Of a stretch of DNA of 64,000 bases, positions 10,562-19,179 are shown piece by piece; the stretch's first letter is position 1; each line of letters begins with the position of its first letter. The translations under genes and the position numbers were made by a program. The notes beneath the pieces are model-generated. The model saw only the letters and a program-made list of their open reading frames with translations. It was not told the origin of the DNA and did no database searches. The stretch is from Patescibacteria group bacterium (lineage in GTDB: Bacteria; Patescibacteriota; Patescibacteriia; UBA2591; JABMQE01). The DNA is taken from contig JAHIMF010000005.1 in assembly GCA_018896645.1 (NCBI GenBank), positions 997-64,996 of the forward strand, read 5' to 3'.

Positions 10562-11653
10562 ATGAAGAAAATTTTACTAATTACATATTATTTTCCGCCC
10601 AAAATTGGCGGCGGCGAAGAATATCTCTATAATATATATAAACGACTGCCAGTAGATAAAGTGGTTGTTTTAGCCGATGACAAGGCGGGGAGCGCGCAGG
10701 TTAAGTTTGATAAACAGCAAAAGTTTAAAATCCATCGCACTAATTTTTTTGCTGGTAAATTGAAACCTACATGGCGGCCGCTAATAAAAATTGTCAAACT
10801 AATTATTCAAAAAGAAAATATCAAAGTCATTCATTTTGGCCATTATGCTCATTATATTTTGTTGGCCAGAATTGTGAAGCTGCCATATTTAATTTATATC
10901 CAGGGTTCTGATTTTACTTCTTATTCAAAATCTTGGTTTGGCAGGTGGCTGATGAAGTTCAACCTAAGTAAAGCAAAATTAATTATCACTACCAGTCAAT
11001 TTTTGAAGAACGGGGTTGTTGGGCTAGGCGTTGAAAATAATAAAATTGAGGTTGTGCACCCATGGTTGGATTTAGAAAAATATGATTTCAAAGCTGTCGA
11101 TGAAGGTGAGATTCGCGAATCTCACCTTCAAGTGAACGATAAAAAAATAATCCTCTCAGTCGGCCGCCTTCACAAAGTTAAAGGATTTGATTTAGTAATC
11201 AAGGCCTTGCCAAAAATTTTAAAACAAATCCCTAATGCAATTTATGTTATTGTTGGAGACGGCCAAGAAAAGGAGAATCTAAAAAATTTGGCTGTCAAAC
11301 AAAATATCGCAGACAAAGTTATTTTTGCCGGTGAAATTAAAAATAAAAAAGAACTTTCAAAATATTACGGGTCAGCCGATGTTTACGCTGGTCCATCAAG
11401 AGCAGAAGGATTCGGCATTGTTTTTCTGGAAGCCCGGGCATTTAGTTTGCCAATTGTGGCGAGTGATGTTGGGGGAGTGAAAGAGGCGGTTGAAGATGGG
11501 GGAGTGTTGATTAAGTCGGAAGATGTAGAAGATTTGAGTCAGAATATTGTAAAAGTTCTCAAAGAAAATAAAAAATATGAGCCGGATAAAAATTTTGATT
11601 GGGATAAAAAAATGGAAAAAATAAAAGAAATACTTTATGAAAATACGGTATGA
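10562..11653 (+). CDS. Glycosyltransferase family 4
   Basis: FPPKIGG, VGRLHKVKG, EGFGIVFLEA, SDVGGVKEAV. Confidence 0.92.
   Translation: MKKILLITYYFPPKIGGGEEYLYNIYKRLPVDKVVVLADDKAGSAQVKFDKQQKFKIHRTNFFAGKLKPTWRPLIKIVKLIIQKENIKVIHFGHYAHYILLARIVKLPYLIYIQGSDFTSYSKSWFGRWLMKFNLSKAKLIITTSQFLKNGVVGLGVENNKIEVVHPWLDLEKYDFKAVDEGEIRESHLQVNDKKIILSVGRLHKVKGFDLVIKALPKILKQIPNAIYVIVGDGQEKENLKNLAVKQNIADKVIFAGEIKNKKELSKYYGSADVYAGPSRAEGFGIVFLEARAFSLPIVASDVGGVKEAVEDGGVLIKSEDVEDLSQNIVKVLKENKKYEPDKNFDWDKKMEKIKEILYENTV
11101..11130. repeat. Perfect 30-bp palindrome inside the GT4 gene
   Basis: tgaaggtgagattcg|cgaatctcaccttca, read as EGEIRESHLQ. Confidence 0.85.
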
Positions 11654-11677
11654 CCGTTTGGACGGTCATACTATACT
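11649..11677 (+). promoter_or_regulatory. 9-4-9 palindromic operator embedded in a promoter upstream of the TrpR-like gene
   Basis: TATGACCGT-TTGG-ACGGTCATA; ATGACC-16 nt-TATACT. Confidence 0.7.
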
Positions 11678-11701
11678 AAATATTAAAATCCAAAAGTTCC
11701 T

Positions 11702-12022
11702 ATGCCTTATTACAACATTCGAAAACTCCAAGGAAAACATCAAAAAATCGTACTGAATGAATTCTATAAAGCAGTGGCTAGCCTAAAAACCAAAAAGGAA
11801 GTGGAAAAATTCTTTGCCGAACTCCTAGAACTTACAGAAATTACCATGCTCTCACGTCGCTTGATAGCCGCCGAAAAACTTTATCAAGGCAAAACCTTTG
11901 ACAAAGTAGCCCAAGAATTAAAGATGGGTAAAGATACAGTTACCAAGGTTAGTCACTGGCTTCAAGAAGGAGAAGGTTATAAATTAGTAGTTAAGAGGTT
12001 GAAAAAGTCTAAAAAGAAGTGA
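11702..12022 (+). CDS. TrpR-like YerC/YecD family HTH protein
   Basis: FFAELLELTEITMLSRRL.AA..L..G.TFD.VA.EL.MG..TVTKVS.WL..GEGYK. Confidence 0.88.
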   Translation: MPYYNIRKLQGKHQKIVLNEFYKAVASLKTKKEVEKFFAELLELTEITMLSRRLIAAEKLYQGKTFDKVAQELKMGKDTVTKVSHWLQEGEGYKLVVKRLKKSKKK

Positions 12023-12122
12023 AAGAATTTTAAACTATAATGAATTACCCCGCCGCCATTCGGCCTGAGCTCATAGCCGAAGGCAAGCGGACGGGGTATT
12101 AAAAATTCCCAATAAACTATAA

Positions 12123-12196
12123 TATGACCGTCCAAACGGTCATACTATAAAGCTATGTTAATTTTGGTTTGATAGTTTGGACTGTCATACTATAAT
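12123..12196. repeat. Two further copies of the 9-4-9 palindrome downstream of the TrpR-like gene
   Basis: tatgaccgt-ccaa-acggtcata (12123-12144, inverted spacer) and tttgatagt-ttgg-actgtcata followed by TATAAT (12168-12196). Confidence 0.8.
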
Positions 12197-12300
12197 TATT
12201 TTAAAAAACTACTGAACTAATCACCTGAATAGTTCATTGCTAAAAATAAAAAAATCCCAATCCGTGAAAGTAAATTGGGACAAAATAATAGCGGGTATTA

Positions 12301-12507
12301 TCAAGTGGATTGTATTTTATGCATTAAAGTATCGCGACATGACCGTTTAAACCAGAAAGGGCCCAGAAACGCAAAGGCTAATTTGGTCTTCCTGTCATCT
12401 GCATTGGGATAATACCCCATAGATTCTTGATAAAGGGTTCCCCCTATAGAAATGGCAACCCAAAGAACAAGTATCACAGTGGCTATGATAGAGTATAATA
12501 ACCACAT
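12301..12507 (-). CDS. Small orphan membrane protein, opposite strand to its neighbours
   Basis: SD-like AGGGGGA upstream, hydrophobic N-terminus, terminator-like hairpin at 12249-12280. Confidence 0.55.
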   Translation of the reverse strand: MWLLYSIIATVILVLWVAISIGGTLYQESMGYYPNADDRKTKLAFAFLGPFWFKRSCRDTLMHKIQST

Positions 12508-12597
12508 AGCTGTTCCCCCTTTGATAGTTTGAATGTTTTGTTATTTGTTGTTTATTTAAAACATTCCCTAAATAAATATTACATGGCAATTCAATTT

Positions 12598-13392
12598 ATG
12601 TCAACTCCCATAATCTCCATCATCATCCCAACCTATAACAGCGCCCAAACTTTGCCAAAATGTTTGGAATGTATTTTTAATTTACCCTGTACCCAAGCAA
12701 AGCAAGTGGTTCAGGGTCAGACTTATAAAAATTTAGAGGTGATTGTGGTTAATGACGGATCAACGGATGAGACAATGGAGGTTTTGAAAGAATATAAATT
12801 GGGTAGCGATGGGTCCCTTGACCCATCGCGAGAGGTCGGGTCAAGGGACCCGACCCACCCGGTGAAAGTTATCCACCAACAAAACCAAGGCGCGCCAGCC
12901 GCCAGGAACAGGGGATTTAAAGAATCAAAAGGCGAATATTTACTTTTTGTTGATGCTGATGTTTATTTAAAACCAAGTTGCATCCAGAAAATGTACCAAA
13001 CTTTGCAAAAATATCCAGAAGCGGCTTATGCTTATTCGTCATTCAGATGGGGCTGGAAAAAATTTAAACTCTGGAAATTTGACGCAGAAAAACTCAAACA
13101 AATGCCTTATATCCACACTTGTTCTTTAATTCGCCGTGAAGCCTTTCCTGTCTCTGGTTGGGACAAATCACTCAAAAGATTCCAGGATTGGGATCTTTGG
13201 CTGACAATGTTGGAAAGTGGTCATCCGGGTATCTGGATTCCGGAAGTTTTATTTACCACCTCAACCAAAAAAAATACCATAAGTTCGTGGATACCGAGAT
13301 TTATTTATAATCACCTTTCATGGCTTGACAAAAAAAGAGTGGATGCGTATAATAAAGCTAAGGGTATCATTTTTAAAAAACATGGATTATGA
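12598..13392 (+). CDS. Glycosyltransferase family 2
   Basis: ISIIIPTYN, VVNDGSTD, NQGAPAARNRG, FVDAD, QDWDLWL; two palindromic in-frame inserts. Confidence 0.92.
   Translation: MSTPIISIIIPTYNSAQTLPKCLECIFNLPCTQAKQVVQGQTYKNLEVIVVNDGSTDETMEVLKEYKLGSDGSLDPSREVGSRDPTHPVKVIHQQNQGAPAARNRGFKESKGEYLLFVDADVYLKPSCIQKMYQTLQKYPEAAYAYSSFRWGWKKFKLWKFDAEKLKQMPYIHTCSLIRREAFPVSGWDKSLKRFQDWDLWLTMLESGHPGIWIPEVLFTTSTKKNTISSWIPRFIYNHLSWLDKKRVDAYNKAKGIIFKKHGL
12801..12860. repeat. GTAG/GTGG REP-like inverted doublet (REPIN-like), in frame in the GT2 gene
   Basis: GTAG+cgatgggtc-cctt-gacccatcg, then an inverted copy reading GTGG+gtcgggtc-cctt-gacccgac on the minus strand; 60 bp. Confidence 0.8.
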
Positions 13393-13634
13393 AAGAAACT
13401 AAAATTTATAAATACACAGCTATTTTTGAGCCGGCACAAGAGGGTGGCTATATTGTTAGAGTACCCATGCTCCCTGGTTGCCGAACCCAAGGTGAAACTT
13501 TTGAAGAAGCAAAGAAAATGATTAAAGATGCTATTAAATCCTATCTCACAGTTTTAAAAGAGGATGGCGATAGAATACCCAAGGAAGAAGAGGAATTGAT
13601 TGAGACCAGAATAGCTGTGCCTGTACAAATTTGA
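13389..13634 (+). CDS. hicB: HicB family antitoxin
   Basis: Y.AIFEP..EGGY.V.VP.LPGC.TQGETFEEA. Confidence 0.92.
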   Translation: MKETKIYKYTAIFEPAQEGGYIVRVPMLPGCRTQGETFEEAKKMIKDAIKSYLTVLKEDGDRIPKEEEELIETRIAVPVQI

Positions 13635-13635
13635 T

Positions 13636-13863
13636 ATGAGTTCAAAACTCCCTTCAGTAAAACCCAAAGAGCTTATAAAAGCCCTACTAAAGTTAGGATT
13701 TATAAAACGCCGTCAAACAGGGAGCCATTTAGTGATGCGCCATCCCCAGACAAAAGAAATAGTTATAATTGCGATTCATCCAAGAGATCTTAAGAGAGGA
13801 TTTTTAAAAGATACATTAAATCAATTGGGAATATCAGTGGAGGAGTTTAGAAAACTAAAATAG
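13636..13863 (+). CDS. hicA: HicA family toxin
   Basis: KELIKAL.KLGF...RQTGSH..M, I..H.RDL..G.L..I pattern. Confidence 0.92.
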   Translation: MSSKLPSVKPKELIKALLKLGFIKRRQTGSHLVMRHPQTKEIVIIAIHPRDLKRGFLKDTLNQLGISVEEFRKLK

Positions 13864-13902
13864 ATTTCCCCCTTTTTTCTGGGAGGTGAGAATAAGATAG
13901 GG

Positions 13903-13950
13903 AAAAGAAAAGCCGCCTATTAGTCATTCCGAATAGGCGGCTTTTCTTTT
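13903..13950. terminator. Bidirectional intrinsic terminator
   Basis: aaaagaaaagccgcctatt...aataggcggcttttctttt. Confidence 0.8.
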
Positions 13951-13976
13951 TCCTAAAAATCCGCTAAAATAGGGTT

Positions 13977-14924
13977 ATGAATGAAAAAGTTGATTTATCT
14001 ATAATTATTGTTTCTTGGAATGTCAAGGAATTGCTTAAAAAGTGCCTTGGCTCTATTTATAATAATCAAGGTGATTTGAAGCTTGAAATTTTTGTGGTTG
14101 ATAATGCGTCTAAAGATGGAAGCATCGAAGAAATTGAGAAACTAAGCCAGCCAGAGGCTGGTCAGCCTTTGGCTGAAAATAAAGAAATAAAGGACTTGAA
14201 TTTGAAAATTATTAAGAATAAGAAGAATTTGGGCTTTACTAAGGCGAATAATCAGGCGATAAAAAGAGCTCAAGGCGAATTTATTTTATTATTAAATCCA
14301 GATGCCGAGGTAATTAATGGCGCCTTGGAAAAGATGGTTGAGTTTATGCGTGAGCATAAAAAGTGCGGAGTGGCGGGGTGTAAATTATTGAATTCTGATG
14401 AGAGTCTGCAGCCATCAGTGCGAAGATTCCCAACATTTTGGTCGCAGGCGATGATAATGTTAAAATTGCATCATTTGTTTCCCAATGCCGGACCAATAAA
14501 AAAATATTTTGCCAAGGATTTTGATTATCGAGGTATGGGTCAAGGGACCCATACCTACCCGTGCGACCAAGTCATGGGCGCTTTTTTTATGATTCGGCGC
14601 GAGGTGATTGAAAAAATTGGAATGCTTGATGAAAATTTCTTTATTTGGTTTGAAGAAGTTGATTTTTGTAAACGGGTTAAAGATGCTGGCTGGCAAGTTT
14701 GCTATACACCGGAAGCCGAGATAATCCATCATGGCGCTCAAAGTTTTAAGCAAGTGTTGAGTTTTAAAAAACAACGAATGTTTAATCGAAGCTTGCTATA
14801 CTATTTCAAGAAGCATAAACCCTGGTGGCAATGGTTGGGGTTGATGTTGCTACAGCCAATAAGTTTAGGGTTGTCGGTGATAATTCAAATATTTGCTAAA
14901 AAAAGTAATAAAGTAATCGAGTAA
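13977..14924 (+). CDS. Glycosyltransferase family 2 (rhamnosyltransferase-like)
   Basis: LSIIIVSWN, VVDNASKDGS, NLGFTKANN, LLNPDA, MGAFFMIR, FEEVDFC. Confidence 0.92.
   Translation: MNEKVDLSIIIVSWNVKELLKKCLGSIYNNQGDLKLEIFVVDNASKDGSIEEIEKLSQPEAGQPLAENKEIKDLNLKIIKNKKNLGFTKANNQAIKRAQGEFILLLNPDAEVINGALEKMVEFMREHKKCGVAGCKLLNSDESLQPSVRRFPTFWSQAMIMLKLHHLFPNAGPIKKYFAKDFDYRGMGQGTHTYPCDQVMGAFFMIRREVIEKIGMLDENFFIWFEEVDFCKRVKDAGWQVCYTPEAEIIHHGAQSFKQVLSFKKQRMFNRSLLYYFKKHKPWWQWLGLMLLQPISLGLSVIIQIFAKKSNKVIE
14148..14175. repeat. 28-bp CAGCCA(A/G)AGGC palindromic element, in frame
   Basis: cagccagaggctg-gt-cagcctttggctg; related copies at 15365-15392 and 15826-15853. Confidence 0.85.
14531..14560 (-). repeat. 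Single GTAG REP-like element, in frame
   Basis: Minus strand gg-GTAG-gtatgggtc-cctt-gacccatac; same core as 12801. Confidence 0.8.
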
Positions 14925-14991
14925 TCAGGTAATAAGGTCGAGAATTTATTATGTACCAGATTACTTTATTACTTTTTTACTCAATTATTTT

Positions 14992-16578
14992 ATGTTTGGA
15001 CAATTTTTTAAGAAAACATTACTTTTTGTTATTTTAGCAGAGCTTTTTTCATTGCTCGCTTTTTTGGTTCTCCAATTCATGCCTTTTGCCTTTTGGATTT
15101 TGGTGGGTTTATTTTTCATAATCTGTCTTTGGAAAATAGAGTATGGGTTATACCTGCTGTTAGCCGAGCTTTTTATTGGCTCCAAAGGTTATTTATTTTT
15201 TTATGAAGTGGGCGGTGTTCTCGTTTCAATTCGAATCGCTCTTTTTTTGGTGTTTATGGCGGTCTGGTTAAGTAAGACACTGATAGCCACGGATTTCATA
15301 CGGATAGCCACAGATCACGGATTTAAACTGACAAAATTCCATATTTTCAATAAAAGAATTATTCCAGCCAAAGGCTGGTCCGCCTCTGGCGGAACTTATT
15401 ACTTATTACTTATTACTTTTATAGTAATCGGATTAGCCAATGGATTACTACGAACTAGTCCATTCAACGATGTCTTTTTTGACTTTAACGCTTGGGTCTA
15501 CTTTGCCTTGTTCATACCATTTTTAGATATTATTAGGTCTCAAAAAGTTATAAATAACATTATCCAGATTTTCATCGCAGCCATTACCTGGATAGCCGTG
15601 AAGACAATAGTGGTATTTTATCTATTTGGTCATCAGTTTTTTAATATCACTCCATTTTACAAATGGCTTCGGGATTCCGGAGTGGGGGAGATAACTTTGA
15701 TGGCTGGTAATTTTTATCGAGTGTTTTTCCAGTCGCAGATTTTTATAATTATTGGCGCGATGTTACTTGTTGGTTTGTTAATTTATAATGTTAGGACTAA
15801 TAAAAGAAATTTATTACTTTATTATCAGCCAAAGGCTGACCAGCCTCTGGGTGGCTTTATTACTTTATTACTTTTTACTTCTATAATCATCAGTTTTGCG
15901 CGAAGTTTTTGGGTGGGCTGGATTGCTGGTTTGGGCCTACTCTTTTTATATTTAATATTGAAGGAAAAATTTTCTTGGCCAATGATTCTTAAAACAGTTG
16001 GAGCATTTTTGGTTTTTCTGATCATTTCGTCAGGAATAATTTTTGGAATCATGAAACTCCCGCCAAAAACAAGCAACAATGCTTCTTTTGCTAGCTTGGT
16101 TGAAAAGCGGGTTTCCACTATTGAAGCCGCTGGTTCAAGCCGAATAAATTTGCTAAAACCGCTTCTGCAAGAAAATTTAAAACATCCAATTTTGGGTGCT
16201 GGTTTTGGCGCCACGGTGACTTACCAAAGCAATGACCCGCGGATTAGAACCGAGCTTAATCCAGAGGGTTGGTATACAACTTATGCTTTTGAATGGGGAT
16301 ATTTGGACATTTGGTTAAAAATAGGGATTATCGGACTGGCTGTATATTTATTATTTATTTTGATGATTATGAAACAAGGACTGAAAAAGTTTAAGGGAAT
16401 TGAGAATAATGGTTTGAATAAGGGAGTGTGTTTAGGATTATTGGCGGGGATGGCTGTTTTACTAGTTATTAATATCTTTAGTCCTTATTTAAATCATCCC
16501 TTGGGGATCGGGTATATTTTGTTGTGCGGGGCGATATTTACATCATTGAAAAGTAAGGTGGACTATTCGGGCGAATAG
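14992..16578 (+). CDS. O-antigen ligase/Wzy-like polytopic membrane protein
   Basis: Many TM helices, SFARSFWVG, SSRI, HPILGAGFG, YLDIWLKIGIIGL. Confidence 0.85.
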   Translation: MFGQFFKKTLLFVILAELFSLLAFLVLQFMPFAFWILVGLFFIICLWKIEYGLYLLLAELFIGSKGYLFFYEVGGVLVSIRIALFLVFMAVWLSKTLIATDFIRIATDHGFKLTKFHIFNKRIIPAKGWSASGGTYYLLLITFIVIGLANGLLRTSPFNDVFFDFNAWVYFALFIPFLDIIRSQKVINNIIQIFIAAITWIAVKTIVVFYLFGHQFFNITPFYKWLRDSGVGEITLMAGNFYRVFFQSQIFIIIGAMLLVGLLIYNVRTNKRNLLLYYQPKADQPLGGFITLLLFTSIIISFARSFWVGWIAGLGLLFLYLILKEKFSWPMILKTVGAFLVFLIISSGIIFGIMKLPPKTSNNASFASLVEKRVSTIEAAGSSRINLLKPLLQENLKHPILGAGFGATVTYQSNDPRIRTELNPEGWYTTYAFEWGYLDIWLKIGIIGLAVYLLFILMIMKQGLKKFKGIENNGLNKGVCLGLLAGMAVLLVINIFSPYLNHPLGIGYILLCGAIFTSLKSKVDYSGE

Positions 16579-16737
16579 TCCACTGATAAATTTTACGGTT
16601 TGACGGTTTGAACTGTCATGCCGAAAAAATTTGACCGTTTGGACGGTCATAGTATAGTTATGCAATTTGACATAATGAACCATCATACCGTTAAATTTTT
16701 GCAAAAAGAAAAAGGAACCATTCGCGCGAATGGTTCC
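16558..16737. repeat. Cluster of four solo palindromes from two families
   Basis: gtggactattcg-gg-cgaatagtccac (16558-16583); 9-4-9 copies at 16599-16620 and 16630-16651; ggaaccattcg-cg-cgaatggttcc (16714-16737). Confidence 0.85.
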
Positions 16738-16761
16738 ATGCTCATTATTTATAAAATGAGA

Positions 16762-17059
16762 TCAATCCGTGATAATACTTGCTTTATTGATAAATTCATC
16801 CCAGTGATGAGTTTTAAAAATTCCTTTGATGCCCTCCACATCTTCCGTGAAATTTTTCGGAAGTTGCCAGCCCCTTTCATGAACGTAAATAAACCCCATC
16901 TTTTCATATATCTATCCCCGGATTCACTCCTTTCCACCCCTGGTGTAGCAGGTTGTAAGGCGTGCCTTTCGGTAATATGATACCCGCATCATGACTCAAA
17001 TTATCTGGTCTATAAGAACAAACGCAAAACATGGTTTCTTCTTCTAATCTTCGTCTCAT
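16762..17059 (-). pseudogene. Orphan gene, possibly frameshifted
   Basis: SD AGGGGA plus ATG at 17059 gives 51 aa ending at 16904. A second frame (YEKMGFIYVHERGW...) continues to 16762 across a TATA run. Confidence 0.35.
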
Positions 17060-17139
17060 TTTGTGTTCCCCTAAGTTTGATTATAGAGTGTACTATATGG
17101 ACTATTATCGTATTATTATACTAAATCAATTCTCAAAAA

Positions 17140-18126
17140 ATGTCCCCCCTCATCACAATCGTCATCATCACCTGGAACAGCCGCAAATTTTTGCCATACT
17201 GCCTGGAATCAATCTTTGAACAAACATTCAAGGATTTTTCAATTATTATTGTTGACAATGGCTCAACTGATGGTACAGTTGAATATATCAAACAAGAGTA
17301 TCCCATGGCGACCTGTTTAAAGAATTTTAAAAATCTTGGTTTTTGCCGCGCTAATAATCAGGGCATTCATTTGGCAAAAGGCGAGTATGTTTTGCTATGC
17401 AATACTGATATAATTTTGAAAAATGATTTTTTAAAAAATGCGATGAAGACAATAGAATCTGATAAAAATATTGCTAGTGTGGGCGGAAAATTGCTTAAAG
17501 CTAAATGGGACTCTGAAGAATTGCCAAAACCCATAAAAACTGATATAATAGACTCTTGCGGTTTGCGGGTTTTAAAAAGTCACCACGTTGTAGAGCGGGG
17601 TGAAAATGAAAAAGATGAAGACCAGTACAGCAAACCGGAAGAAATTTTTGGAATTTCTGGTGCCTTAATGCTTCTTCGTAAGTCAGCTCTTGAAGACATT
17701 AAATATAAAGAAGAATATTTTGATGAAAATTTCTTTTCCTATAAAGAAGACGTTGACTTAGATTGGCGATTCCGTCTGGCTGGGTATATATCTCGGTATA
17801 ATCCCCAAGCTCACGCTTATCATTTTCGGGGTGTAAGCAAAGGTGATGACCGCAAAACACGCTCAAAGTTAATAAATCAATTATCCTACAAAAATCACTT
17901 ACTATCACTCCTCAAAAATTTGACTTTTGCCAACCTGGTTTTTTACTTTCCTTTTATATTTTTTTATGAGCTGAAAAAGTTGGTTTATGTTTTGCTTTTC
18001 GAGCAGTCAACATTTCCTGGTTTATTCAAATTTTTTAGTCAGTTAGGCGAGACTTTGGATAAGAGGAGATTTATTATGAAAGGGAAGCAGGTGAGCGATA
18101 AAGAGATAAGGGGGTGGATTACCTAA
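17140..18126 (+). CDS. Glycosyltransferase family 2
   Basis: IVIITWN, VDNGSTDGT, NLGFCRANN, LCNTD, SGALMLLR, YKEDVDL. Confidence 0.92.
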   Translation: MSPLITIVIITWNSRKFLPYCLESIFEQTFKDFSIIIVDNGSTDGTVEYIKQEYPMATCLKNFKNLGFCRANNQGIHLAKGEYVLLCNTDIILKNDFLKNAMKTIESDKNIASVGGKLLKAKWDSEELPKPIKTDIIDSCGLRVLKSHHVVERGENEKDEDQYSKPEEIFGISGALMLLRKSALEDIKYKEEYFDENFFSYKEDVDLDWRFRLAGYISRYNPQAHAYHFRGVSKGDDRKTRSKLINQLSYKNHLLSLLKNLTFANLVFYFPFIFFYELKKLVYVLLFEQSTFPGLFKFFSQLGETLDKRRFIMKGKQVSDKEIRGWIT

Positions 18127-18228
18127 TTTACTATTTATCATTTACTATTTACTATTCTTTTTGTGGAGGACCGAAGGTTAGTATATCAGTATAATTTTGA
18201 ATAGTAAATAATAAATAGTAAATAATAA

Positions 18229-19032
18229 ATGGTGGAATTATCAATAATCATTTTAAATTACAAGCAACGGGGACTAGTCAAGCAGTGTGTCAAAGGGATA
18301 TTGTCCCTATGTTTAGTTTTTGATTACGAAATTATTGTTGTTGACAATGATTCTCGTGATGGGTGCCTAAAAATGATTAAAAAGCAATTCAATAACTCCA
18401 GAATTAAGACTATTCAATCAGATAAAAATCTTGGCATGGGTGCGGGTAATAATTTGGGTATTAGACAAGCGCAAGGTGAATATATTTTAATTCTTAATCC
18501 TGATATTACATTGCTTGAAGGCGCTATTGAGAAAATGATTAAGTTCATGAAAGAAAGCTCTAGGGTTGGTATTCTGGCGCCAAAATTACTTAATCCAGAC
18601 AGAAGCGTGCAATACGCGCAATTCCGATTCCCAGATTTTTGGCGGCCGCTTTACCGCCGTACTCTGTTAGGTAAAACCGCTTGGGGCAAAAAAAGATTAG
18701 AAGACTTTTTAATGTTTGATTGGGATAGAAAGTCCGCGCGAAAGATTGATTGGGCGCTCGGAGCTTGCCTGTTAATTCGTAAGCTAGCGCTTGATTCTAT
18801 CGGACTTTTTGATGAACGATTCTTCTTGTTTTTTGAAGATACTGATTTATGCCGGCGGTTTTGGAACAATAGTTGGGAAGTATGGTGTCTGCCAGAAGCA
18901 GAAATGGTTCATTATCCGGAACGGCTTTCTGCTAAAAAAATAAATTTACAAAATTTATTTTCAAAACCAGTCCGAGCGCATTTAATTTCGCAGATGAAAT
19001 ATTTTTGTAAGTGGAGAAAATACACTAATTAA
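18229..19032 (+). CDS. Glycosyltransferase family 2
   Basis: LSIIILNY, VVDNDSRDG, NLGMGAGNN, ILNPDI, GACLLIR, FEDTDLC. Confidence 0.92.
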   Translation: MVELSIIILNYKQRGLVKQCVKGILSLCLVFDYEIIVVDNDSRDGCLKMIKKQFNNSRIKTIQSDKNLGMGAGNNLGIRQAQGEYILILNPDITLLEGAIEKMIKFMKESSRVGILAPKLLNPDRSVQYAQFRFPDFWRPLYRRTLLGKTAWGKKRLEDFLMFDWDRKSARKIDWALGACLLIRKLALDSIGLFDERFFLFFEDTDLCRRFWNNSWEVWCLPEAEMVHYPERLSAKKINLQNLFSKPVRAHLISQMKYFCKWRKYTN

Positions 19033-19179
19033 CACTAATCTATACGCGAATTTCACTAATCACGAATAAAATTTTAATATGGACCATTCACAGACATACT
19101 TCAATATATTTAATATGACAAACTGACACAACACCGAATTAATAACTTATAACCAATCTAACCAGTAACTAGTTTTTTT

